Shown in pieces: positions 51,178-64,000 of a stretch of 64,000 nt of DNA; within the stretch, counting starts at the first letter, position 1; each line of letters opens with the position of its first letter. The translations under genes and the position numbers were made by a program. The notes under the pieces were generated by a model, which saw nothing but the letters and a program-made list of their open reading frames with translations, was not told the origin of the DNA and ran no database searches. This stretch comes from the human T2T-CHM13v2.0 reference genome, Homo sapiens. Location: the NCBI RefSeq assembly GCF_009914755.1, contig NC_060936.1. One strand, given 5' to 3'.

Positions 51178-52013
51178 TAGACTGTCCAGCAGAGCCTGCA
51201 CGTGGGTGCTCTGCCTCAGGGCCCCCCAACACACACCAACTCAGCCCAGCCCCGTGATGATATCAGGTGGCCTGGCTGAGGCTTCTTAAGCTCCCTGCTC
51301 CAAGGGCCACACAACCCTACCCTGCCTGGTCAGTCCCGCCAGCTAGTGAGCCAGCAGGACTTACTAAACCCAGAGACCAGGCACTGGGGGAAAAAGAGCT
51401 ATGGAGGGGAAGTTAGCTTTAAAGAACCCAGAACCCATGCGGAAGCCAGACAGGCAGCGTGGCCACTCTCCTGTGCATCCAGATCTAGAGATGATTATAA
51501 GGAAGAGCTGGAGGGCAGAAGAAAGAGGTCAGGAGGCATCACCAGGTCAGAGAATGGCTGGGGTGTAATTGAGAAGTTCTTTGGTGGTGGTGACCACGAG
51601 CTATGTTTAAGGGGGCAAAGGAAGCAGTGAAGTAAATAGGAAGAGGGGTTGTTCTAGGGCTGTGGGAGGTTGCAGGTAAAGGTTCAGAGGTTTCAGGAGA
51701 GGATCAGGTGGCAGAGGGAGGAAGGAGTGGTTTTGGCTGAAGCTGAGGGACGGGAGCTGGTTCAGGAGGGGAGATGTGGACCAGGGGCTTGACTCAGGGT
51801 TGCATTTGGTCCATAGGGCCTGGGATCACTAGCATAACAAGGGGAATGAGAGCCCCATCTGCATCACCACGTTTCATTCGGCGCTCAGAGCAACCCTTCT
51901 CTCCCTGCCAAGGGCGGGTCCCTAGCAGCCCTATGTGATCCCAGCCAGGGGCAGGCTTAACCCTGGCTGGCTGATTTCTTACCAAGATCTCACTCTCTTA
52001 CTCCTGCTGCTGA

Positions 52014-52130
<117 letters not shown>

Positions 52131-52256
52131 TGAGAGACACTGAGTGGGGCAGGAAGGTGACCTTGCAGAGGGCTCTGCGGGAGCCAGGAGAGCTGCCTGG
52201 ACCAGGGTGATGGTGGCACCCCAGCCCAAAGTCTTTGCTCTTGCTCTTCCTGAGTA

Positions 52257-52258
<2 letters not shown>

Positions 52259-52302
<44 letters not shown>
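52259..52302. repeat. (AC)22 microsatellite in intron 12
   Basis: Direct reading. Confidence 0.97.
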
Positions 52303-52304
<2 letters not shown>

Positions 52305-52385
52305 GCTCACCAGCCTCCTTCCTCCACTCTAGTCTGGGGCAAAACGTCAGACTCCTGCTGAGACTTCCAGCAGAGCCAGGGCTGA

Positions 52386-52502
<117 letters not shown>

Positions 52503-53131
52503 TGACAGCTGAGGCTTCCAGGTCAGGCTGAGAGGGGCGACCATGGTCTGTTTCCAGGGGATGTTCAGACCGTGCCAGCCCCGCCCCTGAGGAGCTCAAG
52601 ATCCAAATCACGTGACCTCTCCCTTCACACCCAAGGGAGTGGAGAGCATGACTCCTGCCTTTTCCATATCCAGGCACATGTGGAAAATGACACTATTTTT
52701 AGCAGCATGCTGGGGTCAGCTGGAGGAGAGTGAGAGCCCGGGGGAGGTTACTTGGACTGCTGGAGGGGCTTGCTGTCCCTGGCGCACCATTTGGGAGGTT
52801 CTGGTTTAGAGAAGCACTGTCTTCTGGGGCCTTTCTTGGGGGATTAGGGCGTGGCTGGGACCATCTGCTGGGTCCCTCAGGTGCTATGCACCTGCCGGGC
52901 ATGTGATGCCGTTTATCTCACTCAGTCTTCACAAACCCATGAGAGATGCAGTATTATTCCCTTTATGCAGATGAAGAAACTGGGGTTAATTGAGGTTGAG
53001 TACCTTGCCCAGGGTCACACAGTAAGCGATAGAACCTGGATTCAACCCCAGTCTGGAGCCCCATGGTGCGTCACACGTATGATCATCCTCTGTCTTGTAT
53101 GTCTTGTTTGGAAAGGGTTGGAAACTCTTGA

Positions 53132-53950
<819 letters not shown>

Positions 53951-54399
53951 TAAGGTAAAGGGCTCTCCTGGGGCCAGGGACTGGGGCACGTGGCAGCCAG
54001 CTGGCCTGGAAGGCAGGGGCCTAAGGGCTGGTAGTGGGTTCCCCCAGCCGCGGAAATAGCTGGAACTTTGCCCCCGACTCAGGCTCCTGGGAAGGACAAG
54101 TGCCCGGGGCCCCTGTCCCTGGAGAGGATCTTGACCAGGCAGGTGTTTGTCCCGCCATTAGGCAAGGTTCTGAAATCCCTGGGTGCCTGGCCCAGTACGT
54201 GTGTTGAGGACTGGAAGGACTCAGTAGATGAGGTCCCCTCCTCCGAGGAAAGAGCTAGTAAATAGACAAACAGGCAAAACAGAGGCTAGAAAAATACAAA
54301 TTAAGACCCTGCATGTGGGCTGGAAGGGTTAGGGCGTGATGCATGACTGGAGTTCTTTGTGTTTTCATTCATCCATTCATTCAACCAGTCAACATTTTT

Positions 54400-56140
<1,741 letters not shown>

Positions 56141-56512
56141 AGCCAACCAATTGACATCTGTCTTATAACTCATTTTGTCTTATGGAATGTTGATTCGACC
56201 GTTTTTATTGAGGGTCAGTTTCTCAGGGAACCTCTTCAGTGTGACCCCTCTTATTCAGCTCATGTACTTAGAATCTTGGAGCTGTAAAAGACCTTCAGGA
56301 TCATCACAGCTCAACAGGTACATTTTCAAAGAGGGAGGCAGCGAACCCTAGAGAGATTGCGAATCTTGCCTGAGGCCCTATAGCCAGCCAGTGGCAAAGC
56401 TAGGACAAAAACCAGGGTCTCCCAACAACTAGCTTTGCAGGCTTCTCACACACCGTGCTACCCTCCCAGTGTGGAAAGGAACCACTCAGCCTCCCCACAC
56501 TTTCTGCCATAG

Positions 56513-56832
56513 GAGGTACCAGCTACAGCGCATTGTGAACGTGGAAAAGCGTCAGGACCAGCTACGTGGGGGTCGCTACCTCCTGGAGCTTGAACTGTTG
56601 GAACAAGGCCAGCGCGTGGTGCGGCTCTCGGAGTATGTGTCTGCACGAGGCTGGCAGGGCATCGATCCAGCTGGTGGGGAGGAGGTCGAGGCCCGGAACC
56701 TGCAAGGCCTGGTCTGGGACCCACACAACCGTAGGAGACAGGTCCTGAATACCCGGGCCCAAGAGCCCAAGCTGTGCTGGCCTCAGGGTTTCTCCTGGAG
56801 TCACCGAGCCGTGGTCCACTTCGTCGTGCCTG
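56513..56832 (+). CDS. B4GALNT3: B4GALNT3 exon 15 ([13 protein letters not shown]...AVVHFVVP)
   Basis: ccatag| and G|gtgagc; 320 nt; in ORF 56469..56912. Confidence 0.95.
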
Positions 56833-57560
56833 GTGAGCCTCAAGCTGAGCCTCGGCATTCTCAGGGGCGGGGTCCTCACACTGTCAGGAGCACCCACATC
56901 TGCTTGCACTGATTTGATCCCATAAGCACTTCTGAGAAAGACCACCTTATAGTTGAGGAAACTGAGGCTCACAAAAGGAAAGTCACTGGTTTAAGGTTAT
57001 GTGGCTAGTAAATGTTGCCGCTAAAAACAAACACTGCCTCATAGGCCAGTGCTCTTTCTTTCGTACTAGGTTTCAGGATTGGGTGTGATAACTGGGGTTG
57101 CTAACACTGGGGATGATCATTGGTCTGGGGAAGTAAGACGGGCAGCGTACTTAATGAAGTGATGAGCAGGGTTTTATATGAGAAGGAGGAACACACAACA
57201 GGCAGAAGTGTAACAACAGAGGTAGGATGATGGGGATAGGACGACGATACTAAGAGGGACAGATAACAGGGTTTCACTAGTAGAGCGTGGCAGGGCTACT
57301 GACAATGAGCCCCAGCCAAGGCCTTCTCGTGGGTCCCCTGCCTGGGAGGAGGGAACGTGGGGAGCAGGATGCAGAGGCCCCCTTAACTGGTGAGCACTCC
57401 CTCTGCCTCATGTCTCTGTGCTGCACTGCTAATGGTTTTGCAGAGTTGCACTGTCCCCTCAGCCGAGGTCCGATGGGCACTCCTGACTCACCTGGGAGCT
57501 GGGGGTGGAGGCGCTCATCCGCTCATCTTTGCCTTGTCTGTGTTTCCTTCTCCTGCCTGA

Positions 57561-57728
<168 letters not shown>

Positions 57729-57946
57729 TGAGGGGGACCACCAGCCAGGGGGTGGCATGGGCCACGTCCATCCTAAAGTCCTAGGGCTGCTGGGTCCAGG
57801 GTAGAGCCAGGAGTCCTGCCCAGCCTTCCTGATTCCTAGTCTCCAACTTTTCCCAGAGGGCTCACCTGCCCATAATCCCATCCCAGGAGCACACATCATC
57901 TCTCTTCTATGCCTGCCAACTTCCTCCAGGGGACCACCGCAGCTGA

Positions 57947-58099
<153 letters not shown>

Positions 58100-58428
58100 T
58101 AAGAGGTAGAGAGACATTTGGGGTAAATGAGGTGGTGAGCCCCTCAGGGAGGACGGGAATGAGGACACAGGAGGTCCTCTCTGCTGTGCTGCAGGCCAGT
58201 GCTAGGGTGGGACCAGCAAATCACAGTGGAGCATTTGCCCAGTTGTCCAGGGTCCTTGGAGCCTATAAAGAGTGGGGAGGAGTCAGAATTCACTCTGATG
58301 GTTAAGACCTGTGCTCCAATGTTCAGCACTGTGGAACTCTGCCCAGCAGCTGGTTTTGTGGGAGTTTGTGAATCACTCCAATAGGGAAGACTCCGAGGCT
58401 TCTCCTAGACGGCGACCTGACCTCCTAG

Positions 58429-58680
<252 letters not shown>

Positions 58681-59163
58681 TAACTCCAGAGCTGGGAACA
58701 GTCATATCTGTGAGCGTCAGCATCCTCCTCCCCTGCCCCACCCTGCCCTCCTGTGGCCTTCACTCCCCGGAAAACTCACCAGACAAGGTCCCCTTGGGCT
58801 GAGCTGACAGCCACAGCAGCAGGTGCAGCAGTGCACACCTCCTGCGCCGTCTTCTCCTTGATTCATTCATCACACACTTACTAAGCACTGCTGTGTGCCA
58901 GATGCTCTGCCCTGTGGGGATTCAAAGATGGGAAAGGTAGCCTCCCTGCCTGTGGAAAGGGAAACGGACATGTAAACTGACACACAGCTGTGTCTTCTGT
59001 GGCTGCCGCTGTCCGATCCATTTGTAGGGTTGTTATCAGCCCATGGGCACAGCCTGGTAGCACTGCTGAGCCCTGAACCTTAGTTAGGGGTCTTTCCTCC
59101 AAAACAGGCAAAGTACTTGTTCAGCTAAGACAGTTTTCAGCCTCCCTCACTCCCAGCCTCTGA

Positions 59164-59388
<225 letters not shown>

Positions 59389-61126
59389 TGACTGGGAAGA
59401 GGAGGGCATCCACGAGGCCTGGGAATTCCATGGCGCTCCAGGCAGGGAGCCAGGCTACAGCAGCCTAGCTGTCCCCCTCGGCCGCAGAGTCCCAAAGCAC
59501 AGTAAAGAGCACTGGACTCGGAGGACGCCCTCAAATCACCGGCCTCGCTGGGACTCAGTTTCTCTATTAGAGGGGTGTGACTCGCCCTCTGTCTGTGTCA
59601 CAGGGTTGGTGTGAAAATTAACATGCCTGGTACACCGTGTACCAGGTACACCAAGCTGTGTAGACATAAACCATGATGTTCTCAGCACCAAGCAGGGCAC
59701 CGTGGGAGAGACTGCATCCTCCCCAGCCCGAGGGTAGTGCGCCTCCCGTCAGCTGCCGAGCGGGGAGCCCAGAGTTGTGGGAATGGATAAGTAGACCTGG
59801 CAAAGGTCAGGAAAGACTTTGGGGCCAGCAGAAGAGACAGTGTAGACCACTGAAGGGCAAGAGGACATCCAGGAGGTGCCGGGTCATGAGACACCAAGGG
59901 ACCTGGGGGTTTGGAGCAGGAGGAAAGGGTCAATGAGATGAAAAGCCTCAGAGAAGAACACAGTACAAGCTGCTGCCTTGGCAGGTGGACAAGGAGAGCA
60001 AGATTGGGCAGGGACACCAGGCCATGGGTGGTGAGGAGGCGGAGGCTGTTCCGTGTGAGGTTCCTCTTTCAAGAAATGTGCTGCCAAGAGAAGGGGCAGA
60101 GAGAGGATGGTGCCTTGAGATCTGAGCCTATGGTGAGGGAGCAAAGGAGAGGGGAGGGTACCCTTCAGAAGGGCATAAGCGCTGTAACAGCGTCCACAGG
60201 AGGTGGACAGGGCAAGGTCAGGAGCACTGGGGGCGGGACCTCGACACGAAGACACGCTCACTTCTTCCCGAGAGGCAGGACAAAATGCATCCACCAGTCA
60301 CTGGGTCCCTATACATGGCCGGCCATCCACATCCGTTACCTCGTTTATTTCTCCCCAGACCTCAGTGAGGTCGGCATCATGATCTCCATTTTCCAGATGA
60401 GAAGACTGAGTCTTGAAGAGAAGTTAATAACTTGCCCCAAATCTCACTCACTTAAGCGTTAGAGGCTTGAAAACTAGGTCTATTGGTGTTTTTTCCCGTT
60501 GAGGGAAGAAAGAAAAGGAAGGTGACACACTAAGAGAATTCGAGTGAAAAGGGGGAAGGTAAAGGAACGTAGATAACTGGGAGCTCATAAAAAGGGTCTG
60601 AGATCAAAGGAGCCCCCAGGGCAGCTGGAAGCCTTGATTTGGGAAGCCGGGTCCAGCAGTCACCTCCACCTTGATCTCTGTGCTGGGCTTTTGCTGCCAT
60701 GCACGGCTCCTGTACAGCCCTGAACCTCCTGCCTCCTCGGAGGCTCAGGCATCCAGTTCGGCCACTCTCAGCCCTGCCAGAAGTGCAGCCTCCCTGTGAG
60801 AGGGACACCCTGCAGGCTGCACATGCACAAAAGGCCTGGGGAGGGCCTAGGCGCCAGGTGTCTCAGTGCAGCAGCCCTGCCTTCCTCCGTCTATGACGTG
60901 TGCCCTGGAGGCTGGGCGCCAGTTATGGGGCACTCAGAGTGTGCCAGGAGCCGTGCTGAGCCCTCAGCATCCATCCTTCTCGTCTTCCCCACCTCTGATG
61001 TGTATATAGTATGTCTACTCTAATATTAGATAGATAGAATTCTATATCACACATTATCCTCTCATTACACGTATGTGATAATCGTCCTCCTAGAGATGAG
61101 CAGACAGGCTCTGAAAGAAGGCGTGA

Positions 61127-61417
<291 letters not shown>

Positions 61418-63470
61418 CCGGAGGGTGTCCGCGGGGCCCAGCACTCCCCGCTCTGGACTAGCAGTGGCTCCCCAGGGCCCTGCTACTGTTCAGGGATGGG
61501 GAGTGGGGTGACGGCTGGACCCCAAGAGGCCTCGAAGCTGACGGCCCACTCCACCTGGAGCTGTCCCCTCACAGAGGCAGGTTCCGGGGCTCCTGTCTCT
61601 GCCTCCTCGGCCTTCAGAAGGGAGGACTTTGAGAGAGAGGCCAGGAGGGACCACTTGCTCAGTCGAGAACGGGAAGAGCTCCTGAGAAGGACGGGTCAGG
61701 AAGGAGAGATCTGACTGAGCGACACCATCCTCATCCATGAAGGTGCACGCCCACATCCCCCAAGCGCTCCTCACACCAAGCGCTGACCACCAGACCCTCT
61801 TCTAGTGGACATATTTTATTGGGGGGCGGGGATTTTAAAAACAGAAAACCGAAACTGCTGTCCAGAGCGGGGGTGAGGTTGTGCACTGAGGGACTGTCCC
61901 CACGTGCAGGCCTCCCGCCCACTCCTATGTCCCTTGGGCGTTGTCCCTGGCCGCGGGACTGGTCCCACGTGGGGCAGATCTCTGCTCCACCCCAGGCTCG
62001 TGCCTTCCAGAGACACACATCTCCCAGTAGCCACCAAACAGCCGGCCACTGATTAGGGCATTAACTTCCTCCGGATGGCTCACGTCAGACCAGAAGCACA
62101 GAACGGGCTGTTTCTGGTGCTTGGGCATTGGGAGGTGGGGAGCTGGCGGGCAGGGGGCTTGCCACTCCCTGGCACTGGACATTGAGGCCTGCAGAACAGG
62201 CAGGGTGATGAAGGCAGGGGAGAGAAGCCCTTTCCCTTACCGGCGTGCCTGTGGGTAAGGCCTCCCGAGAGGACATGGAGAAGAGGTAAAGAGGATGTGG
62301 ACATATCTGTCAATTTCCTTAGGCAAGAAGCGGGTGGGGGCTGGACAGAAAGGGACGAAAAGGGAAGTGGAAGCTGTGAGCCTCACAGTCCAGCTCCACT
62401 GCAGACCTGCCCTTCTGCAGGGAGAGCCCTGGCCACCCGGCCTTGAGTGGAAGAAGAGGAAAGGGTGTATGGGGGCAAAACCCTGGACAGGGAGCAGGAT
62501 AAGAAGGGGGCGGGATGAGAGGTTTGGGGAGGTGAGGACATTGCCCTGAGATATCCCCTGGAGGCAGGGAGAGGAGTGGGGGCAGGAGGAACTGAAGAGT
62601 GGGGCAGTTTCAGGGAAAATAGCCCTTAGCCTTTTTAGTCGATGCCACCCTTTCTGTCACCTGGAGACCTTGTACTTCTCTTGCACTAATAACCCCGGTG
62701 CTTTTGTGGCTGGGGGTTTTTCTGTTGCTGCTGCTGCCTCCACCACTGCTGTGAATTCACCCATGGTGCATTGGACACTGGATCTTGAACTCCAGAGTCT
62801 GTTTAGGGAGGTGAGCACAGGGCTGGGGGAGGTGCGGCGGGGCCCAGAAGACCAGGCCACTGAGCCCGCGCTCCAGGCTGTGACGGTCCAAACCACGGCA
62901 CTGGAGCTGCAGGGTCTACCTAGTGGGCTCTGCATTCCCCGAGAGCACGAGTTTGGCACATGGGAGAATGGAGCCCGTGGAGAACCTTCTGGGGGGTCGG
63001 GGAGAATCCCTGCCTCCCTTTAAGGAATCATGAAGGACAGAGACTTTTGAGATTGTGGCTTAGGAAGGCCATACCTGCTCCCTGGGCTGTGGCTTTTTCT
63101 GGTCCCTGCTGAGGCCGACTGGCCCCTGGAGAAGGATGGTGGGGCATAGGCTAGGGCTGCAGTTGGCCAGTGGGGCTGCCAGTTTCTTTCTGGGACCACT
63201 CTCGTCCTCGGGCATTGCACTGGAAGGCTGGAACCAGCCCAAACTGCCCACCTGCTTCACTTCCAATGACTAGGAGCCAGCCCAGCCTCCTGCCCTGCCC
63301 ACACCCCTGCGCCCTGGGCCAGTGCCTTGCGTTTGATGTTACCTCCACACCATCTGCCTTAAGAGGAAGGGCCGGGCAAGGCCCCTACTCCCTAGAGAAA
63401 TGTCTTGGGTAGGAGAGGGTGTGGGATGGTGGGAGGGGAAGCATTAAATACAGCAACTTCTTAGAAAAAA
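61418..63470 (+). other. B4GALNT3: B4GALNT3 3' UTR (about 2 kb)
   Basis: Follows the stop codon; first AATAAA/ATTAAA seen on + is ATTAAA at 63443; 3' end approximate. Confidence 0.7.
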
Positions 63471-63500
63471 AAAAGGTGCTTGTCTTTTCCTGTTGCTCTT
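63443..63500 (+). terminator. Polyadenylation signal ATTAAA with GU/U-rich downstream element
   Basis: ATTAAA 63443-63448, then ggtgcttgtcttttcctgttgctctt about 30-50 nt downstream. Confidence 0.7.
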
Positions 63501-64000
63501 CACGGATGTAAAGGATTGGGCTGAGGGGCCCAGGTGGGCGTGCCAAGGACCCTCCCACACCACCCTCCACCCTTACCACAAGTGTGATGCCTGCTGTGTG
63601 TGAGATGGCCTTCTCTGCACTGCGGTTTACTCAGGAAGAAGACAACATTGTTCCTGTCTGAGCAGCTCACCGTGTAATAGACTAGGCATTTTCTGTTCAG
63701 CAGATTAATGGAGGTTGGTGGTTTTAGCCGAGGAAAGCTATGGATACGCTGGGTGGAGAAGGCTAGATATAGGGCCAGAACGGTTTGGTGAGCAGTGGAG
63801 AGAAGCCAACGAGTGGCTGCTTCTAAACTGGCAGACCTTCTAAAAATCATTTCTGTTTCTGAGTTGGCAATGCTTTGCTAATGCTTTACAGATTTACCTT
63901 CCTCGTTATATTTGGCCCAGGCAAAGATCAAAATGAGTTTGCAGTCCTTAAACACATGCCTAAGGGAAGCTGAGACTGAAAGCCAGAATAGCTTACAGCA

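Noticed and set aside
58322-58343. REST/RE1-like TTCAGCAC...GGA
   Set aside because: Only the left half matches; the right half (GGACAG) is absent
59911-60462. 183-aa ORF in intron 19
   Set aside because: No recognisable domain; GC-rich chance ORF ending in MIR-like sequence
63500-64000. NINJ2 3' end
   Set aside because: No recognisable NINJ2 exon inside the window; recalled to lie just downstream

Overview
Human genomic DNA (Alu/L1/MIR-rich). The window holds the 3' part of the large first intron, coding exons 2-20 and the 3' UTR of B4GALNT3 (beta-1,4-N-acetylgalactosaminyltransferase 3, the LacdiNAc synthase; 12p13.33 from memory) on the + strand. The 19 exons were traced by hand with GT-AG boundaries. 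They splice into one open frame of 2828 nt ending at TAG 61415-61417, which gives 998 aa if the unseen exon 1 supplies 169 coding nt. The C-terminus has the GT7-type DLH and WGGED motifs. Exon 1 (TM anchor) lies upstream of the window. The most unusual non-coding features are: (1) a 2.1-kb (CCTTCCA)n array with higher-order block structure, nested inside MER41A inside AluJ inside L1; (2) nine perfect copies of an 80-bp unit, each carrying a 5' splice-site motif; (3) a 25x42-bp G-rich VNTR whose last degenerate unit overlaps the exon 4 branch-point region; (4) a G-rich purine repeat, CpG island and near-consensus CTCF site around exon 7; (5) candidate cryptic exons and a micro-exon in intron 1. 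I see no convincing new protein-coding gene: the long ORFs in the track are tandem-repeat or Alu artefacts. Repeat family names and boundaries are by-eye approximations.
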